Of a stretch of DNA of 64,000 nt, positions 25,764 to 34,500 are shown one piece after another (position 1 is the first letter of the stretch; each line of letters opens with the position of its first letter). The notes under the pieces were generated by a model. The model ran no database searches, was not told the DNA's origin, and was given only the letters and a program-made list of their open reading frames with translations. A program made the translations under genes and the position numbers. The stretch is from IMG/VR virus record IMGVR_UViG_3300046674_000395, positions 23,566 through 87,565 of that record; one strand, written 5' to 3'. Source of the DNA: a virus.

Positions 25764-27302
25764 GGCACCCCCTGACGCAGCGCCAGGGGGTGCCGAATGA
25801 GGAGATTTAAGGTGAAGAGGTTCCAGCCGCAGCCCGGTTTCGTGGTGCAGGCGTACCGCTTCGCCATGGACCCCAACGCCACCCAAGAGCAGGCACTGCG
25901 CTCGCACTGTGGTGCGGCCCGCGCTGCCTACAACTGGGCTGTCGGCTGGGTGACCGCCTCCTGGTGGCAGCGGAAGGCCGAGGAGTCTTACGGCATCCCC
26001 GAGGCTGAACTGACGCCTTGGCGGCCGTGGTCGCTGCCGTCTCTAAGAAAGGCGTTCAACGAGGCCAAGCACGCCGACCCGCGATTCGCAGACTGGTGGG
26101 CGGAAAACTCCAAGGAGGCGTACAGCACCGGTCTTACAAACGCTGCCGCCGCCTTCGACAACTACAGCAAGTCGAAGCGTGGAAAGCGGCAGGGCCGAAA
26201 GGTAGGTTCGCCGCGTTTCAAGTCGAAGCGGAAAGCACGCCTGTCCTGCCGGTTCACCACCGGCACCATCCGCGTCGATGTGGATGGCCGCCACGTCACG
26301 CTTCCCCGGCTTGGCACGGTCCGTGTGCACGAGCGCGCGGACAACCTCCGTGACCGGCTGGCGGCCGGTACTGCGCGGATCCTGTCCGCGACCGTGCGGC
26401 ACGAGCGCGGACGCTGGTTCGTCTCGTTCCAGGCCGAGGTCAAGCGGGACCTCGAACGCGTGGCGCGGCCGGACGTGGCGGTCGGTATCGACCTGGGGGT
26501 GAAGACCCTCGCGGTCATGGCCGACAGCACCGGCGAGATCCGCACCATCGCGAATCCCGGGCACTACGACCGCGCACGCAAGCAGCTGCGCCGCGCCTCC
26601 CGCGTCGTCTCCCGCCGCCAGGGCCCCGACCGCAGGACCGGGCAGAAGCCGTCGAAACGGTGGGAGAAGGCCAACGCCGCCCGCAACAAGGTGCATCACC
26701 GGGTGGCGAACCTCCGCGGGGACGCCCTGCACAAGCTCACCACAAGCGTGGCAGCCGAGTACGGCACAGTCGTGGTCGAAGACCTCAACGTCGCCGGGAT
26801 GCTCCGCAACCGGCGTCTCGCGCGCAGGATCGCCGACGCCGGGTTCGGGGAGATCCGCCGCCAGCTCGACTACAAGATGCGCCAGCGCCACGCCACCCGC
26901 ACCGTCGCGGCGGACCGCTGGTACCCCTCCTCGAAAACCTGTTCCGGGTGCGGCGCAGTGAAAGCCAAGCTGCTGCTGCACATCCGGACCTACCAATGCG
27001 ACGCCTGCAACCTGGTCATCGACCGGGACGACAACGCCGCACTCAACCTCGCCGCACTCGCGGCAGTCGCAGTAACTGGTACCGGAGTGGCCGGAGACCA
27101 GGACACCGCCCCGGCGGTGTCGAAGCCTCGTGGAGCCGACCAGAAGTCCCGCACCACCCGCCCCCGCCGCAAGGCTGGGACGGGGCGGGCAGGTGGCGCA
27201 ACCCTGCCGCACCAGCGGCAGGCGGAAACGAGAGACCGCACTCAAGCCGAAGCACTCACGCTTTGGTGATGTGACGGACCTTCCGGGCCGAAATGCCCGG
27301 AA
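25764..27302 (+). mobile_element. IS200/IS605-family tnpB-only element (no tnpA); bounds approximate
   Basis: Perfect 11-bp-stem hairpin ggcaccccctg/cagggggtgcc at 25764-25794 just before tnpB; 8-bp-stem hairpin ttccgggc/gcccggaa at 27281-27302 just after its stop. Confidence 0.7.
25797..27269 (+). CDS. tnpB: TnpB (IS605 OrfB-family RNA-guided RuvC nuclease)
   Basis: RuvC-I VGIDLGVKTLAV, RuvC-II VVVEDLNVAGM, zinc finger CSGCG...CDACN, RuvC-III DRDDNAALNL. Likely true start is GTG 25812 behind AGGAG. Confidence 0.9.
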   Translation: MRRFKVKRFQPQPGFVVQAYRFAMDPNATQEQALRSHCGAARAAYNWAVGWVTASWWQRKAEESYGIPEAELTPWRPWSLPSLRKAFNEAKHADPRFADWWAENSKEAYSTGLTNAAAAFDNYSKSKRGKRQGRKVGSPRFKSKRKARLSCRFTTGTIRVDVDGRHVTLPRLGTVRVHERADNLRDRLAAGTARILSATVRHERGRWFVSFQAEVKRDLERVARPDVAVGIDLGVKTLAVMADSTGEIRTIANPGHYDRARKQLRRASRVVSRRQGPDRRTGQKPSKRWEKANAARNKVHHRVANLRGDALHKLTTSVAAEYGTVVVEDLNVAGMLRNRRLARRIADAGFGEIRRQLDYKMRQRHATRTVAADRWYPSSKTCSGCGAVKAKLLLHIRTYQCDACNLVIDRDDNAALNLAALAAVAVTGTGVAGDQDTAPAVSKPRGADQKSRTTRPRRKAGTGRAGGATLPHQRQAETRDRTQAEALTLW

Positions 27303-27330
27303 ACTGGGGCCCGAGGCCCTTAGTAACGGA
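27100..27330 (+). ncRNA. putative omega-RNA (reRNA) scaffold of TnpB; limits not determined
   Basis: By analogy only: omega-RNAs overlap the tnpB 3' end and the right end. Local hairpins at 27281-27302 and gggcc/ggccc at ~27306-27318. Confidence 0.3.
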
Positions 27331-27604
27331 GCTGCTCATGCGTGATCACGTCGATCCTGCCGAATGCTCGGCTTCATGCCCGGTGTGCGGGGCTTACGGC
27401 AGTGCCGAGCCTGGCCAGCCGACCGCGCCGCATCAGCCGCAGGGCAGTCGGGAGATGTGCCCTGGTAGTGGCCAGCCTGCCCAGTAGGCGGGCGGTGCTC
27501 GGCCGGCTGCCGGGGATGTACGAGCTGACCGAGGCCTGAGCGCAAGGCGACGCCCCCGTCGGAGTGATCTGGCGGGGGCGTTGTCGTGTCCGATCGCCAA
27601 CCTG

Positions 27605-27886
27605 TCAGGTCGGCTCTTCTGTCTTCTTGGCGCGTCGTCCGGTGACGGTGCCGTTGACGAGGTGGCTGACGCGGCCGATGGAGAGTTCGACGAGTTCGGC
27701 TACTTCTTGGCCGGTGCGGGTTTTGCGTAGTTCGATGACGTCTGCTTCTCGGGCTTCTTTGAGGCGTGGCTGGTTCTCGATTGCTTTGATGATGCGGGTG
27801 ATGGTGCGGCCTCGGAGTGCGGGGTCTTTGATGGCGAGTGCTTGTTCGATGGCTTGCTCGACGAGGGTCTCTGGGTTGATGGTCAC
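27605..27886 (-). CDS. HTH DNA-binding regulator
   Basis: GTG 27886, 93 aa; TGQEVAELVELSIGRVSHLVNG is a helix-turn-helix. The rest of track ORF 27605-28552 is antisense to the + gene. Confidence 0.65.
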   Translation of the reverse strand: MTINPETLVEQAIEQALAIKDPALRGRTITRIIKAIENQPRLKEAREADVIELRKTRTGQEVAELVELSIGRVSHLVNGTVTGRRAKKTEEPT

Positions 27887-27896
27887 TGGTGAATCG

Positions 27897-27951
27897 TAGA
27901 CCTCTAAAAGAAATCCCGATAGACCTCTAGACGTGGAGCTATAGACCTCTA
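27897..27951. promoter_or_regulatory. three exact TAGACCTCTA operator-like repeats in a divergent promoter region
   Basis: tagacctcta at 27897-27906, 27920-27929 and 27942-27951 (spacing 23 and 22 bp) in an AT-richer stretch. Confidence 0.78.
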
Positions 27952-28036
27952 TACAGTGGTGGACATGGAGGAGGCGCCCAGCCACCTCGGAGCAGCGGAA
28001 ACCCGCTACACCCACCCACTCCAACAGGAGGACCCC

Positions 28037-28501
28037 ATGGCCACCACCCGCCGCTCCGCCACCCGCACCCTCACCACCAACGGCGAGCAGGTAACCGCCA
28101 TCGCCATGACCTCCGCAGAGCTGACCGAGCTCGCAGAGGACATCGACAGCCTCGGCCTTCCCGCCGACCGCACCGGCCTGATGCCGCTCGCCGGCTGGAA
28201 CCTGTACGCCGATGGCGAGCACTTCGGTCGCGTCTTCTACCGGGCCGGCGTGATGACCGCCGAGTGGTACGACGACGTCGAGCAGCAGGACTGGATCCTC
28301 GCGAAGTGGGGATGCCGCCGCCTCGAGCGGGCCGCCGTCGAGATCGTGCGGCTCCGCGACGAGGTGCTGCTGCCCTACCAGGCCGCCGTCGCTGCCAGCC
28401 GGACCGCGCATCTTGCCGCGGAGAAGGCGCGGCGCGTGCAGGAGGACGCCGAGTTCGAGCGGCAGCTCGCGGCTGGCTGGCCGGGCTCTCTGGCCGCCTG
28501 A
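28037..28501 (+). CDS. hypothetical protein
   Basis: ATG 28037 behind AGGAGG; 154 aa. Confidence 0.6.
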   Translation: MATTRRSATRTLTTNGEQVTAIAMTSAELTELAEDIDSLGLPADRTGLMPLAGWNLYADGEHFGRVFYRAGVMTAEWYDDVEQQDWILAKWGCRRLERAAVEIVRLRDEVLLPYQAAVAASRTAHLAAEKARRVQEDAEFERQLAAGWPGSLAA

Positions 28502-28508
28502 CCCTGCC

Positions 28509-28542
28509 GAGGCCCCGCCCGGATGATCCGGTGCGGGGCCTC
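28509..28542. terminator. bidirectional hairpin terminator ending the long early operon
   Basis: gaggccccgc 28509-28518 / gcggggcctc 28533-28542 between convergent genes. Confidence 0.75.
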
Positions 28543-28575
28543 TGTTCGGCAATCACGGGGCGGGGTCCCGGGCTG

Positions 28576-28989
28576 TCAGAACAGGACGGCGTCGGTCTTC
28601 CGCCAGCCCATGAGGGTCCAGCGCAGGCCGCGGTCAGCGGCTCGGTGGCAGGCGGGGTGGAGGCACTGGTCGTCGATCAGTGGGCCTCGGCAGCCGTGCA
28701 GGTGCCTGCGCGCAGCAGCGTCGGCTGCCTTCTCTTCGGGGTTGAGCTGGGTGTCGCGTTCGATGGCGGCGGCCAGGGTGATCGCTAGGTGTGACCCCTT
28801 GCAGAGGGGGCCCTTCTCTGGGTGGTGAAGGCCCAGGCGTCCGGCGCCGAAGGGGTGGTCGTGTGCCCAGACGATGGTCCAGCGCTGGCAGTGGGGGCAC
28901 ATGCCTTGCGGGCCGAGGCCGGGGACGCGGGATTCGCGAACCGGGATGAGGTATGGCTGGCTCGTCTGTGCGCCATCGGCCGGCCTCAT
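28576..28989 (-). CDS. hypothetical Cys/His-rich protein
   Basis: ATG 28989 overlaps the upstream stop; 137 aa (…CPHCQRW…CKGSH…). Confidence 0.52.
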   Translation of the reverse strand: MRPADGAQTSQPYLIPVRESRVPGLGPQGMCPHCQRWTIVWAHDHPFGAGRLGLHHPEKGPLCKGSHLAITLAAAIERDTQLNPEEKAADAAARRHLHGCRGPLIDDQCLHPACHRAADRGLRWTLMGWRKTDAVLF

Positions 28990-29744
28990 CACTCGCTGGC
29001 CGCTTCGGCGACGGTCGGGTCGGCGTCGTGGGCGGGCAGGGTGGCGTGGTCTTCGGCGAGGTGCCGGTCGCGGGCCCGTTCGGCGGATTGCTGGCTGTGG
29101 TGGTCGAGGGACAGGTAGCCGTCGCAGGTGTCGGTGCCCCAGCAGCGGAACACCCAGGCGGGCCGGCCTTGGTCGTTGCGGTAGGGCTGGACGACGAGCC
29201 CGGTGTGCGGGGCGTTGAGCGCGGCGAGTTGCTCCGACGCGCGCCGAGCTTCGTCGGCCACTCGGCGGGCTCGCTCGGTGGCAGCACGTTCCACCTCGGG
29301 GTCGACAGGCCGGACGGTGAGCCGGTGCTGCTCCGGGATGGCGAGGTCGCGGGTTCCGGCGGTGAGCCACGCCCCAGGCTGGGTCGCGTCGGTTGCTGCA
29401 GGGGTCAGCGGATTGAGGGCGGCCTGCCACCGCTCGTAGGTGGCTGGCCGGATGAGGTTGACGGTCTGGTAGCCGATGACGCTGCCGTCGACCCGGGTGA
29501 GTGGGTACAGGCTCGCGAGGACCTCAGCCAGGGCGGCGGCGATCTGGTCACGGAGCGGGGATCGAGTGGGTTCGCCCGCCTCCTCCCCGCCGTCGAGCAG
29601 CCGGAGCAGGTGTCGTCCCACCCCGGGGTCGAGTCCGGGTCCGGTGTCGCCGGCGGCGAGCGCTGCCTCGATGTAGGCGCGGGTTTGGGCGACGGCGGCC
29701 TCGGCGTCAGTCCGGGGTCGTGCGGCGGTGGATTGGTCGGTCAT
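28989..29744 (-). CDS. hypothetical protein
   Basis: 251-aa ORF. Confidence 0.6.
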   Translation of the reverse strand: MTDQSTAARPRTDAEAAVAQTRAYIEAALAAGDTGPGLDPGVGRHLLRLLDGGEEAGEPTRSPLRDQIAAALAEVLASLYPLTRVDGSVIGYQTVNLIRPATYERWQAALNPLTPAATDATQPGAWLTAGTRDLAIPEQHRLTVRPVDPEVERAATERARRVADEARRASEQLAALNAPHTGLVVQPYRNDQGRPAWVFRCWGTDTCDGYLSLDHHSQQSAERARDRHLAEDHATLPAHDADPTVAEAASE

Positions 29745-29989
29745 GCGGCGTGCTCCTGCTGCTGGTCGGGGATGTGGATCTGGTGGACGCCGAGCTCGCC
29801 GACCGCGAGGGCGATGGCGACGGCCTGCGCCCGGTCCGTGGCGCCGAGACGGCGGTAGGCGGCGGTGAGGATCTCGGCGACGGAGTGCGGGGTGACGCCA
29901 CGCCAGGCGGCGATGGTGGCGTTGCTGTTGCCGTTGGCGGCGAGGAGCAGCACTTCCCGCTGCCGGACCGTCAGGGATTTCACAGCCAC
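29741..29989 (-). CDS. LuxR/GerE-type HTH regulator
   Basis: LTVRQREVLLLAANGNSNATIAAWRGVTPHSVAEILTAAYRRLGATDRAQAV. Confidence 0.8.
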   Translation of the reverse strand: MAVKSLTVRQREVLLLAANGNSNATIAAWRGVTPHSVAEILTAAYRRLGATDRAQAVAIALAVGELGVHQIHIPDQQQEHAA

Positions 29990-30138
29990 TCCCCCGTCGT
30001 GTCGACGTCCTGGATCGTGTGCAGTTGGACGGCGGTGAGCCCCTGCCCGCGGAGGTCGAGGTCCCGCGGCTCCAGGGCGGCGGCGGCCAGGTGTTCGACG
30101 CCGAGGTGGCAGAGGTCGGTCCAGTCGATGTCGTTCAC
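29980..30138 (-). CDS. possible 52-aa protein
   Basis: Own translation VNDIDWTDLCHLGVEHLAAAALEPRDLDLRG...; GTGA overlap upstream. Confidence 0.38.
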   Translation of the reverse strand: MNDIDWTDLCHLGVEHLAAAALEPRDLDLRGQGLTAVQLHTIQDVDTTGEWL

Positions 30139-30323
30139 GTCCGCCTCCCCGCTGGCCGACCCGGGAGCTTGGGTTTCCCGTCGGGCCGGAGGTGTCCGTC
30201 GGCTGCGGCGAGCAGCCGTACCGCCCGTGCGATGACGGCTCGTTTGCGTTCGCCGGGGTAGCAGCGGGCGAGGATCTGGGCGATGTCCGGGTCCAGGTAG
30301 ACCGGGGTCTGCGGGGCGGTCAC
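30135..30323 (-). CDS. hypothetical small protein
   Basis: GTG 30323 with GTGA overlap; 62 aa. Confidence 0.42.
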   Translation of the reverse strand: MTAPQTPVYLDPDIAQILARCYPGERKRAVIARAVRLLAAADGHLRPDGKPKLPGRPAGRRT

Positions 30324-30613
30324 GACTGCTCGCTTTCGTGCTGGTCGGGGTCGGTGACGCCGGGGATCGCGCGGTAGCTCTCCTCGCGGATCGCGTTGAT
30401 CTCGGTTTCGTACTGGCGGATCGCGGCGTCGACCTGCGTCCACAGGGCGTGCAGCGGAGTCCCGGGCGAGGGCGCCCATTGGGCCAGTACGTCGCGGACG
30501 TTCTGGACTCGGGAGCCCTGGTAGTCGCCGATGCGGGCGGCGAGGTGGTGCTGTTTGAGCTCGGCGTTCTTGCCTTCGAGGAGCGACAGCAGGGCGGGCG
30601 GGAGGCTGGTCAT
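30320..30613 (-). CDS. hypothetical protein
   Basis: ATG 30613 (MTSLPPALLSLLEGKNAELKQ...), 97 aa. Confidence 0.52.
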   Translation of the reverse strand: MTSLPPALLSLLEGKNAELKQHHLAARIGDYQGSRVQNVRDVLAQWAPSPGTPLHALWTQVDAAIRQYETEINAIREESYRAIPGVTDPDQHESEQS

Positions 30614-30738
30614 CGGGTCCTCCGGTTGCGGCGCGCGAGTGCGTGCCAGGTGTGTCGGATGGTGGTGAGGGCGCAGTAGGCGAACGGGGCGACGATGAGC
30701 GCGACGGCGGCGACCCAGCCCCAGTCGACGCGGGTCAC
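30610..30738 (-). CDS. possible 42-aa membrane peptide
   Basis: Own translation VTRVDWGWVAAVALIVAPFAYCALTTIRHTW...; overlaps both neighbours by 4 nt. Confidence 0.38.
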   Translation of the reverse strand: MTRVDWGWVAAVALIVAPFAYCALTTIRHTWHALARRNRRTR

Positions 30739-31217
30739 GCGGTGAACCTGCGGGTCTCGATCCCGGCCTGCTCGGCGATGCGGAGGCAGTTGCGGGTGCC
30801 GTAGTTGGGCTGGCCCGGCTCGGGGAAAGCCACCATCCAGGCGGGGCGCGGGAGCTTGCGGACCATCGCGGCATTGCGGCGGGGGCCCGCTCCCGGGCAG
30901 TAGTTGTCGAGGAGGCCGGGGTGTGCGGTGTCGCCGGGCTTCTTCCGTCGCCGGTGGCCTGGTGTGGTCGGGCAGTTGGGGGCGCAGTTGTCCCAGTCGG
31001 CGGGCATGGGGTCTTCGAGGAGGCCGTACCGGTGGCCGATGCTGTTGATCCAGTCGGAGGCGGCTTGGTCTGCGGAGTTGGTGCCGGGGCAGGCGCCGTG
31101 GCGGACGATGATCGGTCCGTCGATCATGTTGACGGCGATGTCGAAGAGGGCGCCGGGGACGATGCCGGGTTCGGTGAGGTGGCGCGCTCCGGCGAGCAGG
31201 ATGACGGTGGTCTTCAT
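30735..31217 (-). CDS. DUF2493/SLOG-like protein
   Basis: IIVRHGACPGTNSADQAASDWI...PADWD...AGPRRNAAMV...VAF...GTRNCLRIAEQAGIETRRF matches my recollection of the DUF2493 pattern, with a Cys-rich insertion. Confidence 0.65.
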   Translation of the reverse strand: MKTTVILLAGARHLTEPGIVPGALFDIAVNMIDGPIIVRHGACPGTNSADQAASDWINSIGHRYGLLEDPMPADWDNCAPNCPTTPGHRRRKKPGDTAHPGLLDNYCPGAGPRRNAAMVRKLPRPAWMVAFPEPGQPNYGTRNCLRIAEQAGIETRRFTA

Positions 31218-31498
31218 GCGGCTTCCTTGTCTGCGCGGGCCCATGCGGGCGCGGGGCGGGGTTGAGGCTCTGAGCGCCGTTCTGCCGGTCCGGGCGGGAA
31301 CGGTGCCTCCGAGGGCTGCTGGGCCGTCAGGCGCCCGCTCAGGCCCCGCCACGCCCGTCGTATCGCCCACGCCGCGCCCGCCACCCCGACGACGCACACC
31401 ACTGTCACAGCGGCCGCGAGGCCGGCGATCCAGTAGGCGAGGGCGCGGCAGGTGACGAACAGGACGGTGAGCGCCTCACCGAACAGGGGGCCGGTCAC
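31214..31498 (-). CDS. membrane protein (2 TM)
   Basis: GTG 31498; LTVLFVTCRALAYWIAGLAAAVTVVCVVGVAGAAWAI. Confidence 0.5.
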   Translation of the reverse strand: MTGPLFGEALTVLFVTCRALAYWIAGLAAAVTVVCVVGVAGAAWAIRRAWRGLSGRLTAQQPSEAPFPPGPAERRSEPQPRPAPAWARADKEAA

Positions 31499-31809
31499 AG
31501 CCGGTACCTCGCGTAGTCCCACGGCGGCGCCTGCCCCATCGAGGCCCGGCTCGACGCCTGCTCGTGCAGCGGGTACTGGAACCACCAGCCGCAGCCTTCC
31601 TCCAGCAGATCGCCGTCCTGGTCCGGCGCCTGGCAGTCGAAGCGGACGGCGTTCCCGCAACCCATGCAGGCCATGAGCCGTCCGCCTTGCATGAAGCGCG
31701 GGCAGTCGGTGTCGATGGAGATGCGCCGGTTGCCCTGGCTGCCGCATCCGGGGCAGGTCTCGTCGGGCTGGGTCATCCAGTTGTCGGCGTTCGCGACGGG
31801 CTCGGCCAT
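31495..31809 (-). CDS. zinc-ribbon protein
   Basis: CPGCG...CPRF...CMGCG...C; 104 aa. Confidence 0.58.
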   Translation of the reverse strand: MAEPVANADNWMTQPDETCPGCGSQGNRRISIDTDCPRFMQGGRLMACMGCGNAVRFDCQAPDQDGDLLEEGCGWWFQYPLHEQASSRASMGQAPPWDYARYRL

Positions 31810-31812
31810 GGG

Positions 31813-32658
31813 TCAGGCCTCCGTGCCGGTCGCTGCCGTGCACCAGGGGCATCCGGTGACGGGCGTGTGGTGGTGGGTGTCGTGGATGGCTTTGACGTGG
31901 ATGCAGTGCTCGACCGGCGGGGCGGGCTGGGGCTCGGCGGCGGGCTGCTCGGCGTCACAGCCGGGGTCGCAGAACGCGTGCTCGCCCAGCGCGTGATACC
32001 GGATCTGGGCGTGCGCGTCGCAGAGTTCGTCCGCGGCCTCGTTGCAGGGGCGGGCGCTGCACGACGTCGACTGCTGCACCTCGTCGGCCATGCGACGCAG
32101 TCCGATCGCCACATCCCGGACGGCCTCGTGTTGGATGCGGGCCGCCTCGTCGAGATCCCCGCGCTCGCGGTCGTAAGCCTCGTTCTGGTCGGCGAGCGTG
32201 GCGTACCGGTCGGCGGCTTTGCGGAGGGCGGCGGCTTCGATCGCAGCCGGGTCGACGGCGACGGCCTGTGTCTCGTCGGCTGCACCACCCGGGCCGGACA
32301 CGGCGTCGGCCGCGGGTCGCCCGTCGAGCAGGTCGAGGATGTCGCGCAGTGCCTCGCGGTAGCCGCTGCCGAACTCGTTGCGGGCCGTGACGACGTCGCT
32401 CGTCACCCACTCGCGGATACGGCCGAGACGCTCCACGGCGGCACGGTCGGTGGGTGCGGACGCCGGGACCGGGACGGCGGCGGGCGCAGCCTGCGCGCGG
32501 CGCAGTCCCGCGTCCCACCGCTCACGGAGCGCGTCGATCGCCCTGTGCACGGCGGGCGTCAGCGTCCCGCCCGCGTCGGTGATGGCGTGCTGGACGGCGT
32601 ACAGCTCCCGCATGTCGTCGACGGGGCGGTTGGCCTGTGGGTTGGTGGTGTCGGGCAT
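31813..32658 (-). CDS. hypothetical protein with C-terminal Cys/His motif GCPWCTAA
   Basis: ATG 32658; 281 aa; the C-terminus CIHVKAIHDTHHHTPVTGCPWCTAATG is shared with 55268-55648. Confidence 0.58.
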   Translation of the reverse strand: MPDTTNPQANRPVDDMRELYAVQHAITDAGGTLTPAVHRAIDALRERWDAGLRRAQAAPAAVPVPASAPTDRAAVERLGRIREWVTSDVVTARNEFGSGYREALRDILDLLDGRPAADAVSGPGGAADETQAVAVDPAAIEAAALRKAADRYATLADQNEAYDRERGDLDEAARIQHEAVRDVAIGLRRMADEVQQSTSCSARPCNEAADELCDAHAQIRYHALGEHAFCDPGCDAEQPAAEPQPAPPVEHCIHVKAIHDTHHHTPVTGCPWCTAATGTEA

Positions 32659-32737
32659 GCGGACTCCAAGTCGTGGTGGCGGATGATGGGCGGGCCGGCC
32701 GCCGCCTGCTACCGACAGGCGGCGGCCGTGCACGGGT

Positions 32738-33250
32738 TCACCGGGACACGGGCGGGCAGTCGGCCTCCCAGTGCCAGCCCATGACCGGCGACCGGCGTAC
32801 CCCGTGCTCCCCGCACTCGGCGTCCGGGACGATGCCCCCGCACGGGTAGACGACCGGGCACACGCACGACCGGGACACAGCCGTGTAGGGCAGCGCATGC
32901 CGCACGTCCCGCGGGGCCGGCCGGCCTGTCGTCAGCACGCGGTGCGCCCGGTCGGCGACCTCGCCCGGCGTGGCCCCGCCCAGCAGGTGAAGGTCGGGCA
33001 CGGTGACGCCGTCGACGGACAGCCCCCACTGGACGGCGCCCTCGTCCTCGCCGTCGCCGGTCCAGCCGATGACGAGGAACGGCTGGTCGTCGGCGTTGAG
33101 GATTTGGTGCGCGGTGTGGTTGAGGTTGATGACGATGGCGGATTCGTGGGCGTCGCGGATGGTCCAGCCGTGCGCTTCGATGGCGTCGGCGACGGATCGC
33201 ACCCAGGTGTCGGGCATTTCGTCGGTGATGGTGGTGGGCTGGTCGGTCAT
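32738..33250 (-). CDS. hypothetical protein
   Basis: ATG 33250 (MTDQPTTITDEMPDTW...), 170 aa. Confidence 0.52.
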   Translation of the reverse strand: MTDQPTTITDEMPDTWVRSVADAIEAHGWTIRDAHESAIVINLNHTAHQILNADDQPFLVIGWTGDGEDEGAVQWGLSVDGVTVPDLHLLGGATPGEVADRAHRVLTTGRPAPRDVRHALPYTAVSRSCVCPVVYPCGGIVPDAECGEHGVRRSPVMGWHWEADCPPVSR

Positions 33251-33332
33251 GGTCGTCTCCGTGTTGGTCAGCGGGTCTGGGTGTGGGCGGGGTCTGTCGG
33301 GTGTCCCGTGTCCGGGTAGCCGCGGCAGACGG

Positions 33333-33665
33333 TCAGACAGCGGGCTGCGAGTCGTCGGCCGGGTCCCAGGTGGCGAGCGGGTCGCGTTCGGTGCTGGCCC
33401 ACACGCGGGTCGGGCACGGGTCCCGCTCCCCGCACTCGACGCAGAGACCGTCGGTGAGGCCGCCCTCCCCGGAGTGCTTGCTGTGGGCTTCGGCGATGCG
33501 GGCCAGCCGGGCGGCGGCCTTGCCTGCGGCCCAGCCGTCGTAACGGTCGAGCGCGGCGAGGACGAGATCGGCTCCCTGCTCGCTGATCTCGGACGGCATC
33601 CCGGCGAGGGCGCCTTGGTTGAGTTCACGGAGGACGATCTCGCGGCGCATGTCGTGGTCGGTCAT
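33333..33665 (-). CDS. hypothetical protein
   Basis: 110-aa ORF; ATGA overlap upstream. Confidence 0.52.
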   Translation of the reverse strand: MTDHDMRREIVLRELNQGALAGMPSEISEQGADLVLAALDRYDGWAAGKAAARLARIAEAHSKHSGEGGLTDGLCVECGERDPCPTRVWASTERDPLATWDPADDSQPAV

Positions 33666-34102
33666 CGGTGGTTCCCTCCAGCGGCGAGCAGGGCGGGCTC
33701 GCCGTCGCGGACGCGCTGCCGGTCGACGCGGGCCAGGACCCGGTCAATCCACGCGGCCAGCTCTTCGGCGGGAAGGTTGGCGCGGTCGAGGAGGTAGTCG
33801 GCGTGGCAGGTCTTGTCGGGCGGGCAGGTGCAGGCGAGGTCCTTGCCGCGGAGGTCGGGCAGCCCGGCGAGGATCACCGCGCGTCGGCGGTCGGCGTCGT
33901 CGGTGGGGGCGCCGAAGCGGTCACCGTCGAGCCAGGTACGGAAGTTCGCAGCGGCTGCGGCGTGCGGGTCGGCGTAGCCCATCTCCTGCATCAGGGCGAC
34001 CTTGCAGTGGTTGCCGTATCGGGAGGGGCGGCTGACGATCACGGCGTTGTCGGGAAGTCGCCAGCCTTTGGTGCGGCGGCGTTGGATGCGGCGTTCAGTC
34101 AT
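33662..34102 (-). CDS. DUF4326-like protein
   Basis: RRRTKGWRLPDNAVIVSRPSRYGNH...GKDLACTCPPDKTCHADYLL matches my recollection of the DUF4326 pattern. Confidence 0.7.
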   Translation of the reverse strand: MTERRIQRRRTKGWRLPDNAVIVSRPSRYGNHCKVALMQEMGYADPHAAAAANFRTWLDGDRFGAPTDDADRRRAVILAGLPDLRGKDLACTCPPDKTCHADYLLDRANLPAEELAAWIDRVLARVDRQRVRDGEPALLAAGGNHR

Positions 34103-34205
34103 GGTCTGACCTGCGTCTTTCGGTGTGTCGGGGTGGGTGGGTGGCGGGGGGGGTGGCGGGACGGGGGTCAGGCAGCGGTTCCTGAGCGGGGGTCAACGGG
34201 CGAGG

Positions 34206-34499
34206 TCAAGCGGCGTTCGCGTCGCGCCGGTCCGCGGGTGCGGGCAGTGCGACGACGGCGGCCTTCTCGCACTGCGGGCAGGTGCAGCGGCCGTGGGTGG
34301 GGGTCGGGCCGCTGGCCGCGGTGCCGATGGGCCAGGCGCCCTTGTGGGCGATCTCGTAGGCGGGCGGGGTGACCGCGGCCAGTGCCGGCTTCGGCGCGGG
34401 GAGGGGCTTGGGGGCCTGGCTGGTGAGGTACTGGAAGTACTCGCGGAGGCTTCCGTCGGCCCGCATGGCGGCGAAGTCTTCGACGCTGGGTTCGGTCAC
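34206..34499 (-). CDS. hypothetical protein
   Basis: 97-aa ORF directly downstream of dnaB. Confidence 0.52.
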   Translation of the reverse strand: MTEPSVEDFAAMRADGSLREYFQYLTSQAPKPLPAPKPALAAVTPPAYEIAHKGAWPIGTAASGPTPTHGRCTCPQCEKAAVVALPAPADRRDANAA

Positions 34500-34500
34500 G

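Noticed and set aside
27338-27487. 49-aa Cys-rich ORF (MRDHVDPAECSASCPVCGAYGS...) with a GGAG upstream, just beyond the tnpB right end
   Set aside because: GC3 is only ~67% against >90% in neighbouring genes. It lies where the TnpB omega-RNA, guide and terminator are expected. It is left unannotated, although a small peptide cannot be excluded.
11414-28576. Search for terminase, portal, capsid, tape measure or lysin genes among the larger ORFs between the early and fibre modules
   Set aside because: All ORFs >200 aa here are accounted for (TraB, DUF2637, GntR, TnpB, a Cys-rich 239-aa protein). None shows terminase Walker/nuclease motifs or a tape-measure-like length. A profile search is still needed to be sure.
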